64,000 bases of DNA from positions 1-64,000 of IMG/VR virus record IMGVR_UViG_3300035208_005635; one strand, written 5' to 3'. Source of the DNA: a virus. Taxonomy: Duplodnaviria; Heunggongvirae; Uroviricota; Caudoviricetes. Positions 19,316-29,195 of the stretch are shown here, one piece after another. The stretch's first letter is position 1, and each line of letters starts with the position of its first letter. A program made the position numbers and the translations under genes. The notes below the pieces were generated by a model. It had not been told where the DNA came from, did no database searches, and saw nothing but the letters and a program-made list of their open reading frames with translations.

Positions 19316-19517
19316 TTATTTTTTCATCAGCTATAGATTTCATACCTTCTAAATAGTTTCTTGTAATCTCTGACAATATTAGAGCGTGTAACCAAGAGAT
19401 ATAAACTTTACCTTTATTCTGAAAATTAGAACTAATTTTTATAGTTATATCGAGAGCCTCTTTTTTAAATTCTTCTAATGTTTTTGTTTTCATATTTTCA
19501 GCAGTATAAATCCTCAC
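19296..19517 (-). CDS. hypothetical protein
   Basis: 73 aa ORF. Confidence 0.3.
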   Translation of the reverse strand: MRIYTAENMKTKTLEEFKKEALDITIKISSNFQNKGKVYISWLHALILSEITRNYLEGMKSIADEKIIEKYGK

Positions 19518-19917
19518 TGAATAAAGTCTTTCCTCGGTATCCTTCAGGGTCGGCAGATTTTATCCCTGCTTCTTCTTGAAGTTTTCTTCCTTCTTCTCTA
19601 GATACATATCTTCCATAATTGGTTAAAAATCCTTGCTCATCCATCATATTCATATGCAACATTTCTTTTCTTGAATGATTAAAAGATACTTCTTCTGTAA
19701 TTGTTCGCATACAATCTCCGTGTCTATGTCCTCTGTATATTTTTCCATTATACTTTATCGCCGCACATAAACAAATCTCTGGCAAAAGACTTGCTTTGGC
19801 TATTTCAAGCATCTCAGCATATTTCTTTTCATACCATTCTATTGGTTGACAGTCTTTGACCGCTTGCTCACATTCAGAAATACACTTTTCAAATAATTCT
19901 AAAGGTTTGTTTAACAT
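19498..19917 (-). CDS. hypothetical protein
   Basis: 139 aa ORF. Confidence 0.35.
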   Translation of the reverse strand: MLNKPLELFEKCISECEQAVKDCQPIEWYEKKYAEMLEIAKASLLPEICLCAAIKYNGKIYRGHRHGDCMRTITEEVSFNHSRKEMLHMNMMDEQGFLTNYGRYVSREEGRKLQEEAGIKSADPEGYRGKTLFSEDLYC

Positions 19918-20079
19918 AAAATTATCTCATTGCAAAGAAGTTTTCCATTAAACATTTTTCGCAAATATTTGGATTGAATAAATCTTTTTTCTCAATAATT
20001 TTACCACACTGTTTACAAACAGGTTTTGTTTCAAATAATTCTAATTGTTTTTTATCTGATTTTTTCATTTCAAAAAAGG

Positions 20080-20607
20080 CTAACTTTTCTGCTGTGTTAA
20101 ATCTATCAACTTTGAGCCTTTAGGTAAAATATTTATTAACTTTCCCATACCTTCGAAAGTATCTTCATTTGAAAAATTACCTTCTTCTGAATGAATGCAG
20201 TGTAAGAAAGATTCTTTTTTACCTAAACCGAATATTCTGCAAATATATGGTCTAGCTTCGTATATTCCACAGCCCTCAGGAGTTAAGTATAAACATTTAG
20301 GCATTTCAGAAATAGATTTTTTTCTTAAAAGATATTCTTCATCCGCATTAAGGGAATTAGGAAGTATATATCCAAAGCCTTTTTGAGTTTCTTCTATTAA
20401 AGGAAAATTTAGCTTATTTTTTTCTATAAATCTATTTATTAATAATCTTTCGACTGGGGCACAACCAGTAACCGTGCAACATTCAAATTTACATTTACCG
20501 CTTTTACAAAGATTATGACAATCTACTTTTGCCTTTGGAATATTTTTATAGATTTCTTGAACTTCCTTTTCTATGTCTTGAATTGTCTTGATTTCTATTT
20601 TTGACAT
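20080..20607 (-). CDS. YkgJ/UPF0153-like CxxCxxCC domain protein (paralog 2 of 3)
   Basis: CHNLCKSGKCKFECC motif. Confidence 0.45.
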   Translation of the reverse strand: MSKIEIKTIQDIEKEVQEIYKNIPKAKVDCHNLCKSGKCKFECCTVTGCAPVERLLINRFIEKNKLNFPLIEETQKGFGYILPNSLNADEEYLLRKKSISEMPKCLYLTPEGCGIYEARPYICRIFGLGKKESFLHCIHSEEGNFSNEDTFEGMGKLINILPKGSKLIDLTQQKS

Positions 20608-21269
20608 TTTTGTAATAAATATGAATTAGCTAGTATCTGCATATCATTTAGCATTCTAGGTTTTAATGCGGGATTATATAAACCAACAGCTGGATGAAAC
20701 ATCGGGACAATAGAAACATTTTCAGTTGCTTTGGTTAGACTTTTTTTATTTTTAAACTCTTTACCTGCTAAAAATGAAATAGGTTTTATTTCATCTTCTA
20801 AGCCATAAAGAGAAAATATTGATATTAAGGCTATACCTCCTAGCGGGACAATAAACGGATGCGGGCAGAGGCAAGTAGCAGTAATTATTTCAGCGACTAA
20901 TAAATCTTGGCAGTTATCCATTTCTTCTAAATCAGGCTTTCTATTCATCGGCGGTCTGCACTTTATAGTATTTGTTATATAGTAATCTTCTTTTTTTAAT
21001 CCTGAAGCTTCTATTAAATTATTTAGGAGCTTTCCAGATAGTCCTACAAAAGGTCTTCCTGTTTTTTCTTCCTCTGCTCCCGGTGCTTCTCCTATGAATA
21101 AAATGTTTGCTGGTAATGTTCCTCTTCCTTTAACATATTTATTATTACATATAGAACATTTTTTACATCGGCTATTACCGCAAAAAGTTACCGAGTAGGC
21201 TAAGTCCATTAATTTTCTTGCTTCTACTTTTTTATCTAATATATTATGTTTATCATTTAGAAACGACAT
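20595..21269 (-). CDS. uracil-DNA glycosylase, family 4-like
   Basis: GEAPGAEEEKTGRPFVGLSGKLL (motif A). NTIKCRPPMNRKP. HPAVGLYNP (motif B). N-terminal Cys cluster consistent with the Fe-S centre of family 4. Confidence 0.7.
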   Translation of the reverse strand: MSFLNDKHNILDKKVEARKLMDLAYSVTFCGNSRCKKCSICNNKYVKGRGTLPANILFIGEAPGAEEEKTGRPFVGLSGKLLNNLIEASGLKKEDYYITNTIKCRPPMNRKPDLEEMDNCQDLLVAEIITATCLCPHPFIVPLGGIALISIFSLYGLEDEIKPISFLAGKEFKNKKSLTKATENVSIVPMFHPAVGLYNPALKPRMLNDMQILANSYLLQKCQK

Positions 21270-21622
21270 TGTTTTAATTTTCTTAGCTTTTTTAGCTGGC
21301 TTATTAAATTAATTATCTCATTTTTATCTAGTTGTCCTATATGTCCTGTGGAAGTATTCTTTGCCATCCAAATATACATTAAATTTCTTTCTCTATGCGA
21401 CCAAACTTCTGAGGCTATTTGATGAGCTAGAGTTCTAAGCTCTCTGACTTCTCTAGTTACTGGGAAACCTACTGGACTTCCGTCTGGATGAGCTTCTAAG
21501 AATATATCACACTCTAAGGGACATTTAAAAAAGTATCGTTTAAACTTTCCCCCGTAAATTAGCTTCATCCGATTTTTGCATATCGGACAAATCGGTTGAG
21601 GTAGTTTTTCTCTCATCTGCAT
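21257..21622 (-). CDS. hypothetical Zn-finger protein
   Basis: CPICKNRMK ... CPLECD. Confidence 0.35.
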   Translation of the reverse strand: MQMREKLPQPICPICKNRMKLIYGGKFKRYFFKCPLECDIFLEAHPDGSPVGFPVTREVRELRTLAHQIASEVWSHRERNLMYIWMAKNTSTGHIGQLDKNEIINLISQLKKLRKLKQCRF

Positions 21623-21830
21623 ATGGTTTTATTGCCTCATTAAGTTCCTTAAGTTCCTTGCTAAATTCTTCCTGAGTGATGTTTTCAGGATTAACTTGGT
21701 CGAATTTTTCATTCATTTTAGTAGCAATATCAACAGCCATTTTATTTTGTTCTTTATAATAATTAAGAACTAAGAAAGGAGCTTTAACTAGAGCGATTAA
21801 TACTCTAAAGATTTTTTTTATAAATTTCAT
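21540..21830 (-). CDS. hypothetical protein (overlaps its neighbours; may be shorter)
   Basis: 96 aa ORF. Confidence 0.25.
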   Translation of the reverse strand: MKFIKKIFRVLIALVKAPFLVLNYYKEQNKMAVDIATKMNEKFDQVNPENITQEEFSKELKELNEAIKPYADERKTTSTDLSDMQKSDEANLRGKV

Positions 21831-22665
21831 AATTGCAAGGGACAGGAATAGGAGAGGGTTGCTTAACTAAGTCTTTCATTCTCTCAAAAGCCTGTTCCAT
21901 TATTCTTCCTAAAGATTTGCTTTTGACTTCTTTCTTTTTCTTTTCTGGTTTATCGAAATCAAAAACATATTTTGTATAATTATCTAGAATAAAACAAATT
22001 TCCTGAAGAGCGAAGAAAACAAAATAAGACAGAGATAAAGATTCGGCTAAAGATTTAATAGGAAACCAAATCAAAATTAAGAGAAACCAAAATATAGAAG
22101 TCGTCACGCAATAAGAAAACATTGCTTTTGCTCTAATTCTTTTTAGAAGCTCAAACTCTAGCAGACATTTAATTTTTTCAAATTTATATATTTGAGGATT
22201 TTTTCTTCTAAGAAAAATCTCGTCATAATCAACCGCTTTCATAATCAATTTTAATAATTGGATAACTTCCGCAATAATAATAAAAGTAAAAATTAAATAA
22301 AAAAGTATTGTTACTATCAACGGTGATTTAGGTCCTTTGGTTAAAATAGAAACAGCAGGATAAAAAACAAAGACAAAAAGAATAAGACTGGCAATCATTA
22401 TCTTTTTGAAAGTTACTTGGACTTTATATTTGTTCTTAGTATATTTTGATTTCTTAACGAAATGCAAAATTACTCTTTCTGTTATTTTAAATAGAAACTT
22501 ATCTAGAGGTCTTAAAATTTTATTGTTGAAAGCGGTATTAGGAAGTCTGATTTCTTGAGGAAGTTCTTCCTCTCCTTTGAAATTATTAGCGTCTATTTCT
22601 ACAAATTCTACAAACTTTTCTTCTTCCTTATCTTCCTTGTTTTCTTTTTTAATTTCTTGAGTCAT
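21805..22665 (-). CDS. hypothetical polytopic membrane protein
   Basis: Acidic N-terminus followed by at least four hydrophobic helices. Lies downstream of conserved promoter P3. Confidence 0.45.
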   Translation of the reverse strand: MTQEIKKENKEDKEEEKFVEFVEIDANNFKGEEELPQEIRLPNTAFNNKILRPLDKFLFKITERVILHFVKKSKYTKNKYKVQVTFKKIMIASLILFVFVFYPAVSILTKGPKSPLIVTILFYLIFTFIIIAEVIQLLKLIMKAVDYDEIFLRRKNPQIYKFEKIKCLLEFELLKRIRAKAMFSYCVTTSIFWFLLILIWFPIKSLAESLSLSYFVFFALQEICFILDNYTKYVFDFDKPEKKKKEVKSKSLGRIMEQAFERMKDLVKQPSPIPVPCNYEIYKKNL

Positions 22666-22690
22666 ATTTTTGTCATTTAATTATATTAGT

Positions 22691-22738
22691 ATTATAGCGT
22701 ATTCTGCCTTTTTTGTCAATAGCTAATCTGTGGATAAC
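22691..22738 (-). promoter_or_regulatory. conserved sigma70-type promoter P3
   Basis: In gene orientation: GTTATCCACAGATTAGCTA then TTGACA-N17-TATAAT. The -35 hexamer maps to 22714-22719 and the -10 to 22691-22696. Confidence 0.65.
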
Positions 22739-22742
22739 TTTT

Positions 22743-25700
22743 TTAAACTCCTTGGGGTATATTCATTGGAGGCTTTGCTATTTTCGGGTCTTGAGCAGGG
22801 TCTTCTTCAGTATCTTTTGATTCTGTAGGTCCATAAAGAGATTCTTCAAACTTACAAGTATCTTCATTAACTATGAAAAATCTTTCTCCGCTTTTTCCGT
22901 GTCTATTTTTATCTATGTTTATTCTAGCCCATTTCTCTAGTTCGCGATTTGCCATTCTCTTTCTCCAGAGTAAAGCAACTATATCAGCATCTTGTTTTAT
23001 TGCTGAACTGTCTTTCAAGTCTTCCATAGTCGGCTTGTCATTATCGTTTCCTAATTTTTTAATATGACAAATTAAAACTACAGGAACCATTAGCTTTCTA
23101 GCAAGCAATTTGCAATATCTAACTATATCAGAAATTTCTATTGTTCTATTTCTACTGTCTCCCGAGGCAAAGAAATGCAAGTGGTCGATAAATATAATTC
23201 TGCAACCAAAGTCTTTAACTGCTTTTTCTGAAACAGAACCTAATAATTGCGTATTTATTTTTTCGTAGCCCGAATATAAATAAATAGGTTTGCTAGCGAT
23301 ACCTTTATAAACTTCTTCTAGCTTAGAAAATTCTCCTTTGGCGTCTTTTTTAATTAACTCTGATTGGCGAACGTTTCCTTGAAGCATCATAAATCTCTCA
23401 GCTATTTCTTCAGGAGTCTGTTCTAAACTAAAATACATTACTGGTATAGGGTCTGGATTATTTTTTTCGTCTTTGTGGTTGACAATATTCATAACCATAT
23501 TTTGCGTAAAGAAAGTGTTATGATTAATAATAAAATTTTCGAGAATATACAATTGGTCTTTATCAAGAGAAAATCCATAGTAGTCTCCGACAGGCCACTC
23601 CCAAATTCTAAATCTAGTAGTCAACCAATTTATGTCTGTGACTTCTTTTTTTACTATTTTTCTTTTTACCTTTAAAGGTATTCTTTTTACGTCTCCTGAA
23701 ATATAAACTCTATAACTTTGAAAGTTTCTTCCCAAGCAAGTGGTTGTTCTTTCTTTTAGAGTAGAGGCAAAGAACCCCAAAGACCGAGCCAAGAAAATAA
23801 CGTCTTCACAAAGCTGTTTATTCTTATTAGAAAAAGAGTATCCTACTTTTTCTTTATTACCGTCACTGTCTATTAAGCCTGCTAATAATTCTAGTCTATT
23901 TTTCTCAGAGTTTATCTTATAATTTTGTGGTATATGCTTATTCTCTATGAGATTTTCTTTCTTTAAGAGGCTTAACAAAGATAGGGCAGAACCGTATCCC
24001 TTCTTGCCTGTTTTATATATGTATTTTCCTTTGTGTGTTTTGTTCACACCTTCAAATTTCTTTTCTCTCGTTAAACAATAATACTTTGATTTATTGTTTG
24101 GTTGGTTTTTTGTAACCAGTTGAAGATTTAATCTATTTGCGTAATCTCTTAAATATTTTTCTATCTCAAAATCAGCAGAGGTAACACAAGGTCCTGAGCT
24201 TGTTCCATCACCTAACCATAACCCCAGAAAGTAAGGTTCAAGAGATACTTTTTTCTCTTTAAACTTTATTGATTTTGGGTGTTCAAGATAATAAACGTGT
24301 TTTCTCTTACTCGCAAGTTTTATCCAGTTATCTATTGTGATATCGATTGTATCTGGGTAGTGCGGATACTTTTTAGTATTTTTCTTAAGGTGTAGCAAAT
24401 GATTTCTGTTAACCACAAAATTCTCTGCACCTTTTTTAGGTTCAACTTTCCACATTTTTTCTCTGCCTCTTGCTAATTTTAAAACCGTCCTCGGAGTGCT
24501 GTCAGGACCCATTAACTTGTCTCCAATTTTTATGTCCTCTACTTTTTTTAAAGTTCCGTTATACATTAACACCTTTGTTCCCTTAGCGTGGCACTTTCCA
24601 ACGCCAGTGTCTCCAGAAATAACAATTAGATTTCCGTCTCGCATTCCACGCCATACATCGTCTAATAATTTCCAACCGGTAGACATTCCTCTGAGGACAT
24701 TTGGATTCTTCATTTCTTCCATTGCGGTTTTAGCAACTTCTTTTATTTTTTTTATATGCTCGCTTTCAACGGTTATTTTTTTAGCGGAGTTGTATAAATT
24801 ATTAAAATCGTCTACTGTTTTTTTCTTAACCGCAAAAAAGTCATTTAAGTCTTTTTGTCCAGGCTCTTTTGGTATTTCTATTATTCGACATCTGCTGGCT
24901 CCTAATTTTTCTATAGCGAGTAAATTTCCTTTTTGACCTGCCTCATCGTTGTCATAACAGTTATGAGAAATTACTTTTTGTTCTGTAATATAGCTATGGT
25001 CGTCTTTTACATCTATATTATAAGTTTCTTCATCTATTACCTGTTTAATAGATATTTTTCTTACTCTATTTAAAAGATAAAAATTTTCCCAGAATTTTTT
25101 CATCTGAACTTGACATTTTTTACTAGGAGATATCTCAGCAAGACTAACTGTATATCTTTTTTTCCAAGTTTTTTCTTTATACGACCAATCGTGTGTTGTA
25201 AATCCGTAACCACACTGTAGAGCAAGAATTTCAAAGAATTTAATAATAGACTCGTTTGTATTACTAAATTTAATGTATTTATATTTTTTATCTATTGTTC
25301 CGTCTGAATCTATTAGACCTTGCAATATCTCTTTCTTATTAAGGGAGCTACGAAATATATCATAAGAAACACTTTTCATTCTAGGCATCATTTTAGATGA
25401 GTCTCCTGCAACCTCTTGATAAAAATTCTTAAACCCATATAATCTAGAATCATACGAATATAAACATCCTATATTTCCTTTCTCTACTGTCGAATATTTT
25501 ATTTTATATTTGTCAAAGAATTTTTTTACTCTTTCCAAAATATGCTTTTTTGTTTTTGTGTTATATGCCAATTCAAATCTATACTTTCTTGAGTAATGTC
25601 CGTCTCCTAAAAACAAACCCAAAAGATAAGAGAAGTCTTTATCTTGAATCATCTTCGTGTTAGCAATATCTATAAATTCTTCCCCAAACTCAGAACCTTC

Positions 25701-28010
25701 TTTTAATCTCCCCCTTTCGTCTCTTTCTGAAATCTTTTGAGTTATTCTTCTTTCAAAAAAGCTAAAGGATACTCCTAACTCCGAACCAAATTTAGGAAAA
25801 AGTAAATAGTCTCCTTCTCGAATTTCTCCCGCTTTTTTCCAAATAGGCTCTTTCAGAAATTCTCTTCTATTTTTTATATACTTAATATTTTCTTTTTCAT
25901 AAACAAGAATAGGATGATTACTTGTAACCCAATTCTCAGTATTTTTAGTTTGACCGACAATAGAAAACTTTCTCATTTCTCCTGAATACACATTCTTCAT
26001 TACTTTATAAACCTCTTTTAAATTTCCTATGTGAGTCCAAACACTATCAGAGACCTTAATATCCTCAATATTTTTTAATCCTTGACGAGTATAAATCTTT
26101 GTTCCTTTCTCATAGCATAAATAAATACTATTCACTTTCTGCATAGCATCTGCCCACTCTTGTTTGAATGTCTGAGCTCCACAGGTTACGCTTACAACAT
26201 TCTCCCAACCTTCCTGATAAAGGCTCATTGCGTCTATTTCTCCTTCGGTAATAACTAATTTATTCGCTCCTTTGATTACATCTCCGTTAAACAAAACCAT
26301 TTTTCCTCCGTGGACATTCATCATTTTAGGAGCTTCTGGGTCGAGGGGATTTCCTCGGTATCTAATATTTACCACTTTGCTGTTTTCAAATATTGGAATA
26401 GAAATGCTGGTTCCCGTCCAACCTATTTTAAAATGCTCTAATGTTTCAGGTAATAGCTTTCTAGTAACTGTTAAATATTCATAAATTTGACCCGTTACTG
26501 AGTTCTTGTCGTCTTTCTTCTCAAGTAGAGTCTTGTGATACTCTTCAATCGAGGTCTGGTATCTCTTCATTTCTACCTCGCTAGGACCTTTATTCTCCTT
26601 CTCCTGAGGTTTTTCTAGCTCTTGCGGGGATTTTACTGTCTCAGATAAATTACGCGAATTAGAGCCATTAGAGGGCTCAATTTCAGGTTTTGTATAATCA
26701 TTATAAAATTTCGCTAATGTTATTATATTTCCAGATTTACCGCAATTATGAACAGCACAACCTGAGACATTATAAGTATGACTATCTTCTACGGTTAAGT
26801 CATAAACATCTACATTTTTAACTTCTGTAGTAACTATTTTCTTTAAAAATTTTATTCCTTTTACAGAATTTTCTGAACAATCCCAACGAATAGTCCAACA
26901 TTTTTTATGGTGAACTCCTTTTTTATCTATTTTTTCTTCCTCTGAATTTATAGAAGCAGTTCTTCCTAATCCCCACAAGGCAAAATATATCTGAATAGCT
27001 AATTTCTTTGATACTGTTTTGCTAGAATTTTGTTTTTTAAACCCGTCTCCTGCAAAATACCCTTCTAAGATGTTTGGTAAAATATTAGAAGATAGAAGAC
27101 AGTTGGGTATATGTTTATTTTCTGCCCCCCTCCCGCAATTCTTTTCAAACCATCTTTCTAAGTAAACTCCAAAAACTTGAAGACTCTCTCCATTAGGACT
27201 AATAGAGGATTGAAGAGAGTTGAATCCATATTTCGTAAATAGTTTTTTTACTCTGTCTATGTTCTTCTGCTCTTTTTTATGAAAGGCAAAAGTAATACAT
27301 CTAGAAGATTTAGCTCCGTCTGCAATATATAATCCTACGCACCACCAAAATTCTCCGTCATTAAACATTTCTTCTGTAATAACTTTCGGCACAGGTCCTT
27401 TGGCTGATAAAATATAACTAGAAGCATCGCCACAATAATTAGGATAAAATCTGCTTACTTCATAAATATCTCGCCTATCAATTATGGGCATCTCCAAACC
27501 ATATAAAGGTTTTATTTTATCTGCCTCCAGCCAAATAGATTGTTTTGCTAAAGATTTAAAATTTCTTTTTTGATTCTTTAACTTTTTACTTCTAGGATTA
27601 CAGGAAAAAACAGATAAGAGATGGTTGGGAGTGCAAGTTATGTCTAGTAAATCTATAGAAGAATTACAAGACAAAGTAGTAAGCTTTCCTGTATATTTTC
27701 TCGAGATAGTATTGAGAACCTCTTTGTATCTTCCTTCTTTTGTTAAGACAAAATCGCCCTTTTTTATGTCTCTAATTTCTTTTATTCCGTTGCTTGTTCT
27801 TACCAAAGAATTTCCTGTGAAACATTTATGACAAAAATATAAACCTTTAGTGCTAATATAAAAATGGGTCCAATCTTCTTTATTTTCTCTGCAAAAAGGG
27901 CATTTATTAGTAATAATCTGGTCGCCTTCTGCTCTAGTTTTTAGTCCTTTGCTTTGAAGATAGTTAGTTATCTCTGAGGCAGTGGGATTAATGAAGTTTA
28001 AAGGAGTCAT
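22743..28010 (-). CDS. DNA primase-helicase (CHC2 zinc finger + Toprim + DnaB/gp4-like helicase) interrupted by three inteins
   Basis: The extein totals about 650 aa. It has a CPFC..H..C zinc finger, a Toprim domain (VITEGEIDAMS ... YDNDEAGQ), a P-loop ISGDTGVGK|T and a later helicase region (IFIDHLHF, LICHIKK). Three Hint insertions begin at CFTGNSLV, CYEKGTKI and CHAKGTKV; each ends in HN followed by C, C or T. Confidence 0.8.
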   Translation of the reverse strand: MTPLNFINPTASEITNYLQSKGLKTRAEGDQIITNKCPFCRENKEDWTHFYISTKGLYFCHKCFTGNSLVRTSNGIKEIRDIKKGDFVLTKEGRYKEVLNTISRKYTGKLTTLSCNSSIDLLDITCTPNHLLSVFSCNPRSKKLKNQKRNFKSLAKQSIWLEADKIKPLYGLEMPIIDRRDIYEVSRFYPNYCGDASSYILSAKGPVPKVITEEMFNDGEFWWCVGLYIADGAKSSRCITFAFHKKEQKNIDRVKKLFTKYGFNSLQSSISPNGESLQVFGVYLERWFEKNCGRGAENKHIPNCLLSSNILPNILEGYFAGDGFKKQNSSKTVSKKLAIQIYFALWGLGRTASINSEEEKIDKKGVHHKKCWTIRWDCSENSVKGIKFLKKIVTTEVKNVDVYDLTVEDSHTYNVSGCAVHNCGKSGNIITLAKFYNDYTKPEIEPSNGSNSRNLSETVKSPQELEKPQEKENKGPSEVEMKRYQTSIEEYHKTLLEKKDDKNSVTGQIYEYLTVTRKLLPETLEHFKIGWTGTSISIPIFENSKVVNIRYRGNPLDPEAPKMMNVHGGKMVLFNGDVIKGANKLVITEGEIDAMSLYQEGWENVVSVTCGAQTFKQEWADAMQKVNSIYLCYEKGTKIYTRQGLKNIEDIKVSDSVWTHIGNLKEVYKVMKNVYSGEMRKFSIVGQTKNTENWVTSNHPILVYEKENIKYIKNRREFLKEPIWKKAGEIREGDYLLFPKFGSELGVSFSFFERRITQKISERDERGRLKEGSEFGEEFIDIANTKMIQDKDFSYLLGLFLGDGHYSRKYRFELAYNTKTKKHILERVKKFFDKYKIKYSTVEKGNIGCLYSYDSRLYGFKNFYQEVAGDSSKMMPRMKSVSYDIFRSSLNKKEILQGLIDSDGTIDKKYKYIKFSNTNESIIKFFEILALQCGYGFTTHDWSYKEKTWKKRYTVSLAEISPSKKCQVQMKKFWENFYLLNRVRKISIKQVIDEETYNIDVKDDHSYITEQKVISHNCYDNDEAGQKGNLLAIEKLGASRCRIIEIPKEPGQKDLNDFFAVKKKTVDDFNNLYNSAKKITVESEHIKKIKEVAKTAMEEMKNPNVLRGMSTGWKLLDDVWRGMRDGNLIVISGDTGVGKCHAKGTKVLMYNGTLKKVEDIKIGDKLMGPDSTPRTVLKLARGREKMWKVEPKKGAENFVVNRNHLLHLKKNTKKYPHYPDTIDITIDNWIKLASKRKHVYYLEHPKSIKFKEKKVSLEPYFLGLWLGDGTSSGPCVTSADFEIEKYLRDYANRLNLQLVTKNQPNNKSKYYCLTREKKFEGVNKTHKGKYIYKTGKKGYGSALSLLSLLKKENLIENKHIPQNYKINSEKNRLELLAGLIDSDGNKEKVGYSFSNKNKQLCEDVIFLARSLGFFASTLKERTTTCLGRNFQSYRVYISGDVKRIPLKVKRKIVKKEVTDINWLTTRFRIWEWPVGDYYGFSLDKDQLYILENFIINHNTFFTQNMVMNIVNHKDEKNNPDPIPVMYFSLEQTPEEIAERFMMLQGNVRQSELIKKDAKGEFSKLEEVYKGIASKPIYLYSGYEKINTQLLGSVSEKAVKDFGCRIIFIDHLHFFASGDSRNRTIEISDIVRYCKLLARKLMVPVVLICHIKKLGNDNDKPTMEDLKDSSAIKQDADIVALLWRKRMANRELEKWARINIDKNRHGKSGERFFIVNEDTCKFEESLYGPTESKDTEEDPAQDPKIAKPPMNIPQGV
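23517..24593 (-). mobile_element. intein 3 (359 aa, LAGLIDADG) inside the helicase Walker A motif
   Basis: The extein reads GDTGVGK-[intein]-TFFTQ. Begins at CHAKGTKV. Contains YFLGLWLGDG and LAGLIDSDG. Ends IINHN with a +1 Thr. Confidence 0.75.
24960..26117 (-). mobile_element. intein 2 (386 aa, LAGLIDADG) within the Toprim domain
   Basis: Begins at CYEKGTKIYT. Contains LLGLFLGDGH and LQGLIDSDGT. Ends ISHN with a +1 Cys (CYDNDEAGQ). Confidence 0.75.
26745..27824 (-). mobile_element. intein 1 (360 aa, LAGLIDADG homing endonuclease) within the primase zinc-finger region
   Basis: Begins at CFTGNSLV. Contains LYIADGAKS and GYFAGDGFK. Ends VHN with a +1 Cys. Confidence 0.75.
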
Positions 28011-28021
28011 AATTTATTATT

Positions 28022-29026
28022 TTAATTTATTAAAGTTGTGCCGGTTAAGACACCTTCAATGTATTTTATATAGCTTTCTTGGTCTTCTTTGCTTATTTTA
28101 GAATAAAAATAACCAAAACATTCGCCGAGTATCTTGTCGTTACTGAAAAACCAGACAGGAGGACGGCTGTGATTTTTGTCTTTGTGCCAAGAATCTCTGT
28201 AAAAGCCGATAATTGCTAAGCTAATATCTAAAGGGCTGAAACTTAACAAAGCTTTCTTTAAAGCAATATCCGCAGGGTTGCCTATTAAAATCTTTCCTGA
28301 AGTGGCGTTGACTGAAACGAACTTCCAGTAAATCTCAAATATTCTTTTTCTAATTTCTGAAGAAAACTCTCCCCACTGTTTTATATCTTCCTGAAGAGGT
28401 GATTTAGAAATCATTTCAGGAGATTTTTTGGGTGAATCGAGAGGGAGAGTCTCTCTCTCTCTTTTCTTATTATTATATATATTATTATTGTATGTGGTTT
28501 TCACATAGCTTGGTATGTGATTTTCACATAGGTCTTCTGTGATTTTCACATAGCCTATGTGATTTTCACATACGTCTTTATTTTTGACAAAATCACCTTT
28601 TTGTTTTAATTTTATTTTCCCTAAAATTACTGTATCATACCAAAGTTGGGTAGTCTTGATATATTTAGTTTCAGGGTCTCTTTCTATTAATCCTTTTCTT
28701 TGAAGATTTGACAGAATGTTAAAAATAGACCACTGTTTAAATCCTAGCATTTGACTAATTTTTTTCTTTGAAGCATAGCACCACCCAGGGACTCTACTGC
28801 CAGGATTATTAGAAAGATTATAAATACTGTCTGCTACGCAATATTCATTCAGAGATAAGTCTAGTTTCCTTCTTGCCTCGTGTAATATAAGGGAATAACT
28901 AAGAACTTCTTTTTCTACTTCTTTATTTTCTTTTGGCATAGAATCACAAGTAAGGTTAATAAAAATACAGTATTCGGTTGTCATTGCTATTGCCCCCCAC
29001 TTGCGGTGATTAGCAATAGATAACAA
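28022..29026 (-). CDS. replication initiator-like protein (lambda O-like) with winged-helix region and internal origin iterons
   Basis: 334 aa. HTH-like region (QMLGFKQWSIFNILSNLQRKGLIE). Four palindromic iterons inside the coding sequence encode a repeated ...CENHI... peptide. Confidence 0.5.
   Translation of the reverse strand: MLSIANHRKWGAIAMTTEYCIFINLTCDSMPKENKEVEKEVLSYSLILHEARRKLDLSLNEYCVADSIYNLSNNPGSRVPGWCYASKKKISQMLGFKQWSIFNILSNLQRKGLIERDPETKYIKTTQLWYDTVILGKIKLKQKGDFVKNKDVCENHIGYVKITEDLCENHIPSYVKTTYNNNIYNNKKRERETLPLDSPKKSPEMISKSPLQEDIKQWGEFSSEIRKRIFEIYWKFVSVNATSGKILIGNPADIALKKALLSFSPLDISLAIIGFYRDSWHKDKNHSRPPVWFFSNDKILGECFGYFYSKISKEDQESYIKYIEGVLTGTTLIN
28451..28575. repeat. candidate origin: (CT)6, an AT-rich tract and four palindromic iterons TATGTGAtttTCACATA at about 21-bp spacing
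   Basis: GTGATTTTCACATAG at 28517, 28539 and 28559, and GTGGTTTTCACATAG at 28494. tattattatatatattattattg at 28466-28489. ctctctctctct at 28451-28463. Confidence 0.6.
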
Positions 29027-29113
29027 CCAAATACTGTATTTTATGCAAGTGGGAGTAATCTAATTTTTAGACAATTTAAGTATAGCATATTTTAGGAATT
29101 TAATCAAATATTG

Positions 29114-29184
29114 AGGGAGGCCTAGGAATCGAACCTAGATAGCTTGCACCACAAGCAAGTGCTCTACCATTGAACTAACCACCC
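29114..29184 (-). tRNA. tRNA-His (anticodon GTG)
   Basis: Acceptor gggtggt/gcctccc with one U-U mismatch. D-arm gttc..gagc. Anticodon stem cttgc/gcaag with loop ttGTGgt. T-arm ctagg-ttcgatt-cctag. No encoded G-1. Confidence 0.75.
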
Positions 29185-29195
29185 GTTGCCAGCCT

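Noticed and set aside
19927-20073. 48-aa Zn-ribbon ORF (MKKSDKKQLELFETKPVCKQCGK...CEKC) on the minus strand
   Set aside because: It is plausible and fits the gene packing, but it is below the size cut-off and has no distinguishing motif, so it is not listed as a feature.
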